64,000 bases of DNA from Eledone cirrhosa (taxonomy: Eukaryota): the NCBI GenBank assembly GCA_964016885.1, contig OZ024741.1, positions 38,812,001 through 38,876,000 on the forward strand, written 5' to 3'. Both the position numbers and the translations under genes were made by a program. Shown one piece after another: positions 14,825-28,215 of this stretch. How positions within the stretch are numbered: the stretch's first letter is position 1; the number at the start of each line of letters is the position of its first letter. The notes beneath the pieces were generated by a model that ran no database searches, was not told the origin of the DNA, and worked only from the letters and a program-made list of their open reading frames with translations.

Positions 14825-14827
<3 letters not shown>
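14640..14827 (+). mobile_element. Solo 3' pLTR fragment of the Neptune-type PLE family at 45121-46478
   Basis: Homologous to 46300-46478, including the degenerate HHR GTCACAGAATGTGTGAC-GAAA. Confidence 0.7.
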
Positions 14828-14878
<51 letters not shown>

Positions 14879-15227
14879 TATATATATATAATTGGTCTAA
14901 GAGAATAGTTTGTTTAGTTAGTTGATTTTGAGTATTTTGTTCATTTGTGATAGTGAAGTTGGAGTTTCAAGATGAGCTGGTGAAGTAGTTGAATGAGTGG
15001 TTTATTGGTTGAGTCCATGGCAACTGAATTAAGTGTGTCGCAGTCAGTCGAGAGAATTGTTACTGTGAAGTCTTGCAATAGTCGATGAAACCAGCAGTTG
15101 TTGTTGTTTCTTGATGTCATGTGATAATGACGTAGGGAAGACGATTCTCTCCAATCACATTGATAATGTACAAGACAGCACTAATTTCTATATTGTTTTT
15201 TATTGTTTGCATGGTTTACTACTAAAT

Positions 15228-15590
15228 AATGGTTTCTTATATAGGCACAAGGCCAGCAATTTTGGGCGAGGGGTAAGTCGATTAAATCGACCCCAGTGCG
15301 TGACTGGTACTTTATTTTATCGACCCCATAAGGACGAAAAGCAAAGTTAACATCGGCGAGATTTGAACTCAGATCATAAAGAGCCGTAGCTCTATGCTGC
15401 AAAGCATGGTGTCCGACTCTCTACCGATACTGCCAATCCATAACATAATAATTGTTTCTACTTTTGGCACAAGGCCAGCAATTATCCCAGTACATTACTG
15501 GTACTTTATTTTATCGACCCCGTAACGATGAAAGGCAAAGTTAACCTTGGCGGGATTTGAACTCAGGCCGTAAAGAGACGTAACTAAATG
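15228..15590 (-). mobile_element. Two adjacent copies of the major tRNA-derived SINE
   Basis: A box TGGCAGTATCGG, B box GAGTTCAAATC, body GCCTTTCATCC..GGGGTCGATAAAATAAAGTACCAG, (ATT)n tail. Confidence 0.85.
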
Positions 15591-15976
15591 TTTTGGTATC
15601 ATATATATTAGTGATGTGTTTAAGTTGGTTGTATTGTGTGTGTGAATGTAGAATCTAAAAGTAGTGAATTCTACTAACTTTAGTTGAAGTTGGTGTGCTT
15701 TGCCAGAAGAGCCGACTGTATAGGTTGGAACTGCCTGATGAGCTTGGAAGCGAACGAGTCGGTCGGTAGCAAAGAAAAGAGGCAGAATGTCTTGTTTATA
15801 TAATGCCTAGGTCCCCAGATGGTCTTTCGTTTTAAACAAAGGCAGTAATTCAAATGGGGACAGGGATTGGTATCTAAATTAGTCTGACTGAGGTTAAAGG
15901 CTAGTATGGGTTGGTATGCGACTACTCGAGAACATGGGAACAATCTCCTACAAGTTTCGCTACTCAACACACACAC

Positions 15977-16093
<117 letters not shown>

Positions 16094-16779
16094 AGTATAT
16101 ATTACTTAAAATACATGGCAACTAAGCGTATGTTTTTGGAGGTTCTCAGAGTTTCATGATGATATCCGATTAAATGTAGAGTGTATATATATTCCGAAGA
16201 GATTATTTTGGTAAAAACGGGAGCAAGAAGGAGAAAGCTCTCAACATTCGTAGTTTGTAGTTACGATGGAGATTCAGTATAATAATTGTTTCTACTTTTG
16301 GCACAAGGCCAGCAATTACCCAGTAGATTACTGGTACTTTATTTTATCGACCCCATAAGGATGAAAGGCAAAGTTAACCTTGACATTAATAAAGATGCTG
16401 ATGTTACATGAATCGTTTATTCATTATAATTATTTCAACGGTTCTCCCATGCAATTAAGATGTAAATCATGCATTTGTTGTTGTTATGATAACGATATCC
16501 TCAGATGAAATTCAATTTTGTGATTTGTAAAAAAAAAAAAAATGTCCTGTTTTCTGATCCAAGGTAGATATCACGTGGGTGAATATATATTATTTTTCTA
16601 TATCTAATGCATTTGCTTTTTTGTGATATAGCATTGAGTGCGAAGGAGAAATTTTTACTCGATATCCAGTCGATTTTCCTGACTGATTAGTGGGTGTCTG
16701 TGTTATAACAGCTATCCGGGGCTGGGTGTGTCGCTCCTAGTGTATCTTGGATATCTGAGTACGTGGCAGCCAATAGAAA

Positions 16780-17005
16780 ACGACAAATTGTGTACTATAT
16801 GGATTGTATTTGCATTGTTTACTTCTGCTATTAAGGCTGGCATTAGGATATAATGTGTTCCTTAATATTATTCCTGCCTCAGTGCTACATAGCCCACATT
16901 TCCTGGTTCTGTTGATATAGGTACTGTATCTTTCTGCTATCCTCCAGATGATTCAATATTAAGTTGAGACCTCTTTCAGTTTCCAGACGTAACTGGAGAG
17001 TTTTT
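16780..17005 (-). pseudogene. Degenerate Naiad-type PLE GIY-YIG C-terminal fragment
   Basis: Frameshifted LSSYVWKLKE / IIWRIAERYSTYINRTRKCGLCSTEAGII..LNSRS matches the LSAYIWSLKD..W..L..Y..C.LC..E..LN.K pattern of 46667-47515. Confidence 0.7.
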
Positions 17006-17272
17006 CGCGACTAAAGAAAAAAGGAGAAAAAAAAATTCATTCTAACTAAGCATTTTCAAATTGATTCACACCGGAAGTCAATAAGATTCTAGAAAAGTAT
17101 ATATTTTTTATAAAGACTGAACATTTATATTGCATACGAGATTAATTTAATATGATTAATCAGATATCATCAAACTCTCTACGAAAATATATGCTTAGTT
17201 GGCAAATATTTTTAGTATTACTTCTATCGATAGCTCAATTTTTTAAAATTACAAATTTCCACTTAGATAACG

Positions 17273-17428
<156 letters not shown>

Positions 17429-17556
17429 GTAGGAGGTGAGTTTTATTGTAGTACAATAAAGCAATGCAGATATCGGATAAGAAGCACTCTACAGTTTGTA
17501 GGACTGGAGTATACATAATATATAAGAACAAAAGATGGTTAAAAGAGTTCCATGTA

Positions 17557-17623
17557 TTTTATTATGCGCATTTCAAAAACAAATATCATTATGCAATAAT
17601 ATTTTTGTTTTCATCAGATAAAA
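17557..17623 (-). ncRNA. Hammerhead ribozyme, type I, palindromic stem III
   Basis: UUUUAU-CUGAUGA-[AAACAAA..UUUGUUU]-GAAA-UGCGCA-UA-AUAAAA. Confidence 0.75.
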
Positions 17624-17748
17624 CAGGAAGACATGATATGAAGGTTAAAAAACACTTGTGGATAGTGCAGTTTTAAATCAACATGATATGTTGATTTAAA
17701 ACTGCACTATCCACAAGTGTTTTTTAACCTTCAAATCATGTCTTCCTG

Positions 17749-17813
17749 TTTTATCTGATGAAAACAAATATTATTGCATGATGATATTTGTTTTTGAAAT
17801 GCGCATAAAAAAA
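17749..17813 (+). ncRNA. Hammerhead ribozyme, mirror copy
   Basis: TTTTAT-CTGATGA-AAACAAATATT..GATATTTGTTT-TT-GAAA-TGCGCA-TA-AAAAAA. Confidence 0.7.
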
Positions 17814-17847
17814 TACATGGAACTCTTTTAACCATCTTTTGTTCTTA

Positions 17848-17908
<61 letters not shown>

Positions 17909-18029
17909 ATATAGAAATGGCTTCACAGGACTAGAACTGTTTCATTCGGGAGAAATCATCAGGAAGACCTCTTAAATATAAGTATGTATGTATACGTACA
18001 TACATATATGTATACAGACGTACAGTAGC

Positions 18030-18072
<43 letters not shown>

Positions 18073-18227
18073 CATACAGGTACACATACATATATGTACG
18101 TATCAGTTTAGCGGACGCTTATTATAACGCCCGCTTTGTTCGTTTGTAAACAAACTGAACAGCCTGAATTTATGCCGTACGGTGTTAAGGCAACGACGTC
18201 ACCTTTTTGTTCAACACTGACACAGGA

Positions 18228-18270
18228 ACGATGTACTAGTTTCAAGCTTCTTAGCTATCATCAGCACCGT
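18228..18270 (-). ncRNA. Minimal type-I hammerhead (array unit, inverted copy)
   Basis: ACGGUG-CUGAUGA-UAGCU(AAGA)AGCUU-GAAA-CUAG-UA-CAUCGU. Confidence 0.85.
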
Positions 18271-18464
18271 ATACCCTTCTGCCAGATGGTTGAACGTTCG
18301 AAAGTATATACTTTCCTTATGGAAATTAACGGCTGAGCAGCCTTAACACCGTACAGCATAAATTCAGGCTGTTCAGTTTGTTTACAAACGAACTAAGCGG
18401 GCGTTATATTAAGCGTCCGCTAAACTGATACGTACATATATGTATGTGTACCTGTATGTATATA

Positions 18465-18519
<55 letters not shown>

Positions 18520-18751
18520 TGCTACTGTACGTCTGTATACATATATGTATGTACGTATACATACATACTTACATTTAAGTAAGTGCCGTACTAAGAGTGA
18601 GAAATGAAATTTCGTTTTCATTTTATTACAACTTATCATTCTCGGTACGCCTGGCCGAACTCACTCGATATGCAAATTAGGCTCCTCAGCCGTTAATTTT
18701 CAAAAGGAAAGTATATACTTTCGAACGTTCAACCATCTGGCAGAAGGGTAT

Positions 18752-18794
18752 ACGGTGCTGATGATAGGTAACAAGCTTGAAACTAGTACATCGT
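18752..18794 (+). ncRNA. Minimal type-I hammerhead (array unit, stem II mismatch)
   Basis: ACGGTG-CTGATGA-TAGGTAACAAGCTT-GAAA-CTAG-TA-CATCGT. Confidence 0.75.
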
Positions 18795-18949
18795 TCCTGT
18801 GTCAGTGTTGAACAAAAAGGTAACATGGTTGCCTTAACACCGTACGGCATAAATCCAGGCTGTTCAGTTTGTTTACAAACGAACAAAGCGGGCGTTATAA
18901 TAAGCGTCCGCTAAACTGATACGTACATATATGTATGTGTACCTGTATG

Positions 18950-19028
<79 letters not shown>

Positions 19029-19260
19029 TGCTACTGTACGTCTGTATACATATATGTATGTACGTATACATACATACTTACATTTAAGTAAGTGCCGTAC
19101 TAAGAGTGAGAAATGAAATTTCGTTTTCATTTTATTACAACTTATCATTCTCGGTACGCCTGGCCGAACTCACTCGATATGCAAATTAGGCTGCTCAGCC
19201 GTTAATTTCCATAAGGAAAGTATATACTTTCGAACGTTCAACCATCTGGCAGAAGGGTAT

Positions 19261-19305
19261 ACGGTGCTGATATGATAGCTAACAAGCTTGAAACTAGTAC
19301 ATCGT
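19261..19305 (+). ncRNA. Hammerhead copy with a 2-nt core insertion (CTGATATGA), probably inactive
   Basis: Otherwise identical to its sister copies. Confidence 0.65.
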
Positions 19306-19453
19306 TCCTGTGTCAGTGTTGAACAAAAAGGTGACGTGGTTGCCTTAACACCGTACGGCATAAATTCAGGCTATTCAGTTTGTTTACAAACGAACAAAGC
19401 GGGCGTTATAATAAGCGTCCGCTAAACTGATACGTACACATATGTATGTGTAC

Positions 19454-19522
<69 letters not shown>

Positions 19523-19754
19523 TGCTACTGTACGCCTGTATACATATATGTATGTACGTATACATACATACTTACATTTAAGTAAGTGCCGTACTAAGAG
19601 TGAGAAATGAAATTTCGTTTTCATTTTCTTACAACTTATCATTCTCGGTACGCCTGGCCGAAGTCACTCGATATGCAAATTAGGCTTCTCAGCCGTTAAT
19701 TTTCATAAGGAAAGTATATACTTTCGAACATTCAACCATCTGGCAGAAGGGTAT

Positions 19755-19797
19755 ACGGTGCTGATGATAGCTAACAAGCTTGAAACTAGTACATCGT
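19755..19797 (+). ncRNA. Minimal type-I hammerhead (array unit)
   Basis: ACGGTG-CTGATGA-TAGCTAACAAGCTT-GAAA-CTAG-TA-CATCGT. Confidence 0.85.
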
Positions 19798-19949
19798 TCC
19801 TGTGTCAGTGTTGAACAAAAAGGTGACGTGGTTGCCTTAACACCGTACGGCATAAATTCAGGCTGTTCAGTTTGTTTTACAAACAAACAAAGCGGGCGTT
19901 ATAATAAGCGTCCGCTAAACTGATACGTACATATATGTATGTGTACCTG

Positions 19950-19994
<45 letters not shown>

Positions 19995-20041
19995 AATAAT
20001 GAATAAAACAATGAAACAGTTCCTTATATTAAACAAAAAAG

Positions 20042-20194
20042 TTCATTATTTAACGATCGTTTCTAGGACATATATGTGTTAGAATTGGTATGCATATTCA
20101 ACAGATCTATGTACAAAATTATACAAAATTATACAAATTATCAAATATAATATACATACCAACACATACATATGCCGTCTTCAGAAATAATGAA
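20042..20194 (-). ncRNA. Hammerhead with long stem II (inverted pLTR copy)
   Basis: Reverse complement of 25658-25810. Confidence 0.75.
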
Positions 20195-20591
20195 ATATAT
20201 TTATTGATAATAACAACAATTCAAAATTACATGTCTGTTTGGGAACAGAGTTCAAATTGACCAATGAAATACACAAACATATATCAAGAAAATACAGTTA
20301 GTTGTGTGTATATATGTAAGTAACTTCGTTCACAGATATGCATAAAAATATATGTTCACATGCATACGCATGTCGAAAAAATGTATGTAAATACAAAAAT
20401 TCAGGGCTAATGTCTCTGTATGTTTATAATCTACAGATAAAATACACATACGCATATAAACATATATAGATTCGTATATACACACATATATATACACATT
20501 CACACACACACACGCGCACATACACATAAACATACACATACCCACGAACATACACACACACACTCACACACACAACCCCATTACTGATCTT

Positions 20592-21590
20592 GTGGGCCTC
20601 TTTCTTCTTTTCAACATAAATGCCTCCTTTCCCCACCTTAAAGGTGGTTTATATCGTGATGACTGTCTTCTTCTTTCCAACAACCTTAGCCTCTCAGAAA
20701 TAGAAAAAAACAAAAAGCTTATTAGAACTTTCCTTAAAGACTATTATAGTCTTCATATTACTTTTGAAAACACAAGTAAAGTAGTTAATTTCCTAGATAT
20801 AACTTTAGACTTAGCTACGGGTATCTACCAACCTTACCATAAACCCAACCAAAACTTACACTACATACACTCACAATCTAATCACCCTAAATCTATCCTT
20901 AAAAACCTTGCATATAATATATCACTTAGAATTTCTAACCTTTCATCTAACCAAGATGTATTTGATAAAAATGCGACCTTCTATAACGAAGCTCTAGATA
21001 GAAGTGGCCACAAAAATAGATTAGAATATATACCTTCTACTAAAAATACTATAAACATACAACCTAATATTACCAACAAACACCAAATGAAAAGTACACA
21101 CCTAAATGCCACCCACGCTATACCCCAAAATACCAACAACTCCTCTAATATAAAGTATAGTAACTCTCAAAAAACTACTCATCATACAACTCTAATAAAT
21201 GTTAACAATAAAACTCCTAATAAACATGATAAAACACCTAAATCAATAAATCTAACTAAAAATGTGCGTGGTGATGTCATTAACATTAATCCTCCTAGTA
21301 AACATCACGATACAACCTATAAAAATAATAAACAACATAGAAACCGTAATAGACGAGTTACTTGGTATAATGCTCCATTTAATTTACAAATTAAGGATAA
21401 TATTGCTAAAAAAATTTTTTATGTCCTAGAGAAAAACTTCCCGCCAAACCACAAATACCATCAAATCTTAAATAGGTCAACAGTTAAATTCTCATACTCA
21501 ACAACCAAAAACACAAAACAAAATATAAGTGCCTATAATGCATATAAATGTAAAAAAAACCATAAGTATACCACCAATACATCAAACTAA
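20592..21590 (+). pseudogene. PLE reverse transcriptase C-half (motif C, thumb, linker)
   Basis: LVGLFLL...GLYRDDCL, VNFLDITLDL, PYHKPN..YIHSQSNHP, WYNAPF; frameshifts into the next ORF. Confidence 0.9.
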
Positions 21591-22053
21591 CCATAATATC
21601 TCCTCAAATACTGAATTAACGAAAGGTTGTAACTGTAGAAACAAAGCAAACTGCCCATTAAAAGGAAATTGTCTTGTTAACAACATAGTTTATAAATGTA
21701 AAGTTAAAACTAAAGATTCTATTTGCTCATATATAGGAGCTACTTCTAACAATTTTAAGGTAAGGTTTAATACCCACAAACATAGTTTTAAAAATGCCGC
21801 ACTGGCTAATACAACATCTCTAGCAGAAAAAATTAATAGTTATAGAAATAAGAATATAGAATATGATATGACCTGGAGTGTGCTCAAAAGAGCCACCCCT
21901 TATCAAAATAATAGAAATGAATGTAGATTATGTTCCCAAGAACTATTTGAAATAATGAAATCTAAGGATATCCTATTAAATAAGCGACAGGAATTAATTA
22001 TATCGTGTAATCATAAACTGAGAAAAACATTTAAATATTATAAACCTAAATAA
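21529..22053 (+). pseudogene. PLE zinc-finger linker plus GIY-YIG endonuclease
   Basis: CNCRNKANCPLKGNC (Naiad-type CxCx5Cx5C), IVY..YIG, FKVRFNTH, C.LC..E, LN.RQE. Confidence 0.9.
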
Positions 22054-22523
22054 TAATATATATTTTAGAAATTTAGAAATTAATATATAATTTAATTTAA
22101 ATGTAGATAACCTATAAATTTAATTTAATTAAATTTCTAATACAGATGAGATAAAAAATATTGTGTAATCATAAATAGTTAATAACTTTTAAATATTATT
22201 AACATAATTAATATATACTTTGTAAATTAATTTATAGATTAATTTTAGTTTATTTAACCTTTTATTAAAATTCCTTTATAGATGAAATATAACAAAATAT
22301 CATGTAATCAATAACAGAGAAATATTTTTTAATATTATAAACCTAATTAATGTACAATTTAGAAACTTATTTATAAATTAATTTTAATTTAGTTAACCTA
22401 TAATTTTAATTTAATTAGCTTAAAATTAAAATTCCAATACAGATGGATTGCAGAATATCATGTAATCATAAACTGAGATAAATTTTTAAATATATACCTA
22501 ATTAATATATTCTTTACAATTAA

Positions 22524-22558
<35 letters not shown>

Positions 22559-22960
22559 TTTAATTTTTGTTAACCTATAATTATATTCTACTATAGATAA
22601 AATACAAAATCTGCTTTAATTATTATAAACCTAATTAATATATACTATAGAAATTAATATATAATTCTTTAATTTAGTTAACCTATAATTTATATTCTAC
22701 TACCGATGAAATACTTGATTTGGTTTTCCCTATTACTAAATTCATTTCCTAATATTGATACCATAATGTTAATATTTTAATTTGGTTATGATATAATTAA
22801 TATTCTACTACTGTTTAACTTCAAAATTACGCTTCAAATATTATAAACCTAAGTAGTATACACCTTAGAAATCAATATATTAACTAATTTTAATTTAGTT
22901 AACCCTTAATTAATAGTCTACTTATATTAAAATGCATAATTTTGCCTTCTTTCTTACATT
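22000..22960 (+). repeat. Diverged ~140-160-bp AT-rich tandem repeat derived from the PLE ORF end
   Basis: ATATC(G/A)TGTAATCATAAA...TATTATAAACCTAA...TAACCTATAA recurs at ~22000, 22158, 22297 and 22454, then decays. Confidence 0.75.
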
Positions 22961-23206
22961 TCCTAATACTGAAACTACTATGTAAACATATATTATGATC
23001 TAAATGCAGATTAATATTCTATGTTCCTTGAAACCTATATTTACTTTTTCCCACTAATAATTTTAATCCCCTTCCCCCCCCCCTATAGTTATTTATATTT
23101 GTAAGCGTGGATGAATGTATGTGTATGTAAGTAGGTATGTATGTTTGGTTGTTTATATGTGAGTATAAAAATACATATGTGCGCATGTAAATAAGTGTCT
23201 ATGATC

Positions 23207-23256
<50 letters not shown>

Positions 23257-23500
23257 GTATATATATGTATATGTATGTATATATATGTATGTATATGTAT
23301 GTCTATATATAAGCATGTGTGTATGTATATATGTATGCGTGCGTGTGTATATGTGTATATATATTTGTAGAGTTGTGTGTATGTGTATATATATATATGT
23401 GTGCATAATTGTCTGACTGTGTGTATTTATTTATTTATTTATTTATTTTTATATATATTTATGTGTATGTGTGTATGTGTATATATATATATATATATAT

Positions 23501-24405
<905 letters not shown>

Positions 24406-24485
24406 TGTATATATGAGTGTATGTATATATGTGTGTGTGTGTGTGTATATATATATGTGTTTGTGTATATATATATCTATGTGTT

Positions 24486-24550
<65 letters not shown>

Positions 24551-24962
24551 GTGTATATGTATGTATGTATATCTCTTTATTTATGTATGTCTGAGTTGTG
24601 TGAGCGTGTGGTTGTATGTGTATATACATACATGGATATGTGTATGTGTGTGTGTGTATATATACGTATATGTATGCGTGTATGTGTGTTGTGTGTATAT
24701 ATATATATATGTATATATGTATGTGTATGTATATATATATGTATATATGTGTGTACATATGTGTGTATATATATGTGTCTGTATGTATATATGTGTATAT
24801 ATATATGTGTGTGTATGTGTGTGTACATATATGTGTATATATGTATGTGAGTTGTGAATATATGTATATATATATGTGTGTTTGTATGTGTGTCTATGTA
24901 TTTATATATGTATGTGTATGTGTATCTATGTATGTATGTGTGTATGTATATGTGTATATATG

Positions 24963-25005
<43 letters not shown>

Positions 25006-25657
25006 GTGTATGTGTATATATATGTATATGTATATCGGTATGTATTTTATGTATGAGTATATTTTACTTGTTTATATATATTTTTTTAATATATTTCTTT
25101 TTATTTCTAAATTTATAGATACATTTTATAAATAGGCAGTTTCCCTGACACCCTTAGTAATTAACTGAACCCCTTACCCACTTCTGCATTTGGATGTAAA
25201 AATATATGTGGCAGTGTTTATGTGTGTGCCTAAATATCCATATAGTTATAATAATAATATATACATATGTGTGTGTGTGTGTCTGTGTGAGTGTGTGTGT
25301 GTATGTTCGTGGGTATGTGTATGTTTATGTGTATGTGCGCGTGTGTGTGTGAATGTGTATATATATGTGTGTATATACGAATCTATATATGTTTATATGC
25401 GTATGTGTATTTTATCTGTAGATTATAAACATACAGAGACATTAGCCCTGAATTTTTGTATTTACATACATTTTTTCGACATGCGTATGCATGTGAACAT
25501 ATATTTGTATGCATATCTGTGAACGAAGTTACTTACATATATACACACAACTAACTGTATTTTCTTGATATATGTTTGTGTATTTCATTGGTCAATTTGA
25601 ACTCTGTTCCCAAACAGACATGTAATTTTGAATTGTTGTTATTATCAATAAATATAT

Positions 25658-25810
25658 TTCATTATTTCTGAAGACGGCATATGTATGTGTTGGTATGTAT
25701 ATTATATTTGATAATTTGTATAATTTTGTATAATTTTGTACATAGATCTGTTGAATATGCATACCAATTCTAACACATATATGTCCTAGAAACGATCGTT
25801 AAATAATGAA
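25658..25810 (+). ncRNA. Hammerhead ribozyme with 114-nt stem II region
   Basis: TTCATTATTT-CTGAAGA-[25675-25788]-GAAA-CGATCG-TT-AAATAATGAA; 10-bp stem I and palindromic stem III. Confidence 0.8.
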
Positions 25811-26004
25811 CTTTTTTTGTTTAATATAAGGAACTGTTTCATTGTTTTATTCATTATTTTTTTAATATTTTATCTTGACTCTGTATTCCGTTTATCTTTC
25901 ACCGAAAGTGATTTTTGAATGCATCTCTTCTTTCCATGATATCCGGATTATATTGAGTTCTTCATACGGATTGGACACTACCGTAAACTCTTGGTAGATT
26001 TATC

Positions 26005-26068
<64 letters not shown>

Positions 26069-26300
26069 TGCTACTGTACGCCTGTATACATATATGTATG
26101 TACGTATACATACATACTTACATTTAAGTAAGTGCCGTACTAAGAGTGAGAAATGAAATTTCGTTTTCATTTTATTACAACTTATCATTCTCGGTACGCC
26201 TGGCCGAACTCACTCGATATGCAAATTAGGCTGCTCAGCCCTTAATTTTCAAAAGGAATGTATATACTTTCGAACGTTCAACCATCTGGCAGAAGGGTAT

Positions 26301-26343
26301 ACGGTGCTGATGATAGGTAACAAGCTTGAAACTAGTACATCGT
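26301..26343 (+). ncRNA. Minimal type-I hammerhead (array unit, stem II mismatch)
   Basis: Same variant as 18752-18794. Confidence 0.75.
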
Positions 26344-26498
26344 TCCTGTGTCAGTGTTGAACAAAAAGGTGACGTGGTTGCCTTAACACCGTACGGCATA
26401 AATTCAAGCTGTTCAGTTTGTTTACAAACGAACAAAGCGAGCGTTATAATAAGCGTCCGCTAAACTGATACGTACATATATGTATGTGTACCTGTATG

Positions 26499-26580
<82 letters not shown>

Positions 26581-26812
26581 TGCTACTGTACGTCTGTATA
26601 CATATATGTATGTACGTATACATACATACTTACATTTAAGTAAGTGCCGTACTAAGAGTGAGAAATGAAATTTCGTTTTCATTTTATTACAACTTATCAT
26701 TCTCGGTACGCCTGGCCGAACTCACTCGATATGCAAATTAGGCTGCTCAGCCGTTAATTTTCATAAGGAAAGTATATACTTTCGAACATTCAACCATCTG
26801 GCAGAAGGGTAT

Positions 26813-26855
26813 ACGGTGCTGATGATAGCTAACAAGCTTGAAACTAGTACATCGT
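26813..26855 (+). ncRNA. Minimal type-I hammerhead (array unit)
   Basis: Same as 19755-19797. Confidence 0.85.
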
Positions 26856-27006
26856 TCCTGTGTCAGTGTTGAACAAAAAGGTGACGTGGTTGCCTTAACA
26901 CCGTACGGCATAAATTCAGGCTGTTCAGTTTGTTTACAAACAAACAAAGCGGGCGCTATAATAAGCGTCCGCTAAACTGATACGTACATATATGTATGTG
27001 TACCTG

Positions 27007-27080
<74 letters not shown>

Positions 27081-27192
27081 TGCTACTGTACGTCTGTATA
27101 CATAGATGTATGTACGTATACATACATACTTACATTTAAGTAAGTGCCGTACTAAGAGTGAGAAATGAAATTTCGTTTTCATTTTATTACAA

Positions 27193-27316
<124 letters not shown>

Positions 27317-28072
27317 CAGTTATTTGCATGAACGAGAGAAATGATAACTCAACATTCGTGTCCCATGTATAATTATCTGTGATGTTAACATTTTAATTCA
27401 AGGATATATTACATGAAATTTCGGAGACACATGGCGCATGCCTAATCGTTCGGACGCCTGATTTGAATTCAGAAGTACGCTCATGAATTATGAAACTGAG
27501 TTAAGTTTGCGGCAGTTCGAATAGTTTAAAGCAAGATGAGAATTGTTAGTTTCATTATTTCTCAGCAAGTTGTATGTCTTTCCTCTAGTCTTGTCTCTCC
27601 CCCTCGTTTTCTCTGCATTTCGTATAGCATTTTTCTCCTCTTTCTCTTATAAACCTTCATTTTATTCTCCACATCAAGCACGGGTGTTGAGATCCAATTG
27701 GCAAAATTAATTGGGATCTTTTGCAAGTGACTTGTTCTGAAACTAAGTGTTAAAACTAAAATAATTACATGGTGGAAGAGTCATTTCAGCAACTAAAATC
27801 AAAAGCCAAAGGGAAAAACACATAACTCTTGAATTCATTTTATATTTTTCATTTATTGCATCATGTCAAAATGTCCGTCAAAATGTCTCTAATCTGGTCA
27901 CTGAGAGTTCCACAGCAACTGTATATAGTCTATAAGACATGCTCCATATAAAGTGAAGTTACTATATTCTTTGGCATGAAAACTGTAACAGAATCCATTG
28001 ATAGATTTTATTTTTTATAGCCTGGCTGAAACTTTCGATGACATTTCAGAATTGTACTTGTTTGTCAAGTGA

Positions 28073-28215
28073 AGGCGCATGGTTTAGTGGTTAGAGGATT
28101 GGACTTCCAATCGAAATGTTGTGAGTTCAAATCTCGGACTGGGTGATGTGTTGTTTCCTTGAGCAAGACACTTTATTTCACGTGGCTCCAGTTTACTCAG
28201 CTGTAGAAATGAGAT
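28073..28215 (+). mobile_element. tRNA-derived SINE, third family
   Basis: A box TGGTTTAGTGG, B box GAGTTCAAATCT, then CCTTGAGCAAGACACTT. Confidence 0.7.

Larger units (their letters stand above)
17520..17850. repeat. Near-perfect ~330-bp palindrome (centre ~17686) with an HHR in each arm
   Basis: Arms are reverse complements around a GAT loop. Confidence 0.9.
17975..19980 (+). mobile_element. Tandem array of ~500-bp HHR-containing non-coding units (retrozyme-like) with an inverted 5' segment
   Basis: Units recur with periods of 509 and 494 bp, each containing a (TA)n tract; 17975-18343 is inverted. Confidence 0.85.

Noticed and set aside
15728-15768. CTGATGA-GCTT/AAGC-GAAC-GAGTC hammerhead-like motif
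   Set aside because: One core A is missing and stem I does not pair; at best a decayed copy.
16885-17012. Apparent terminal exon (SRKTLQLRLETER...) after a pyrimidine tract on the minus strand
   Set aside because: Other frames give PLE GIY-YIG C-terminal motifs, so it is a retroelement relic.
17918-17970. Minus-strand CTGATGA..GAAA-CAG..CTGT-GAAG
   Set aside because: No cleavable H17 nucleotide and poor stem II; probably a decayed HHR, not called.
20592-22100. Selenocysteine-type Naiad (in-frame UGA plus SECIS)
   Set aside because: No in-frame TGA at Cys positions and no SECIS recognisable by eye, here or after 47515.
28073-28150. tRNA gene
   Set aside because: A/B boxes are present but there is no closed cloverleaf, and it continues into a SINE body.
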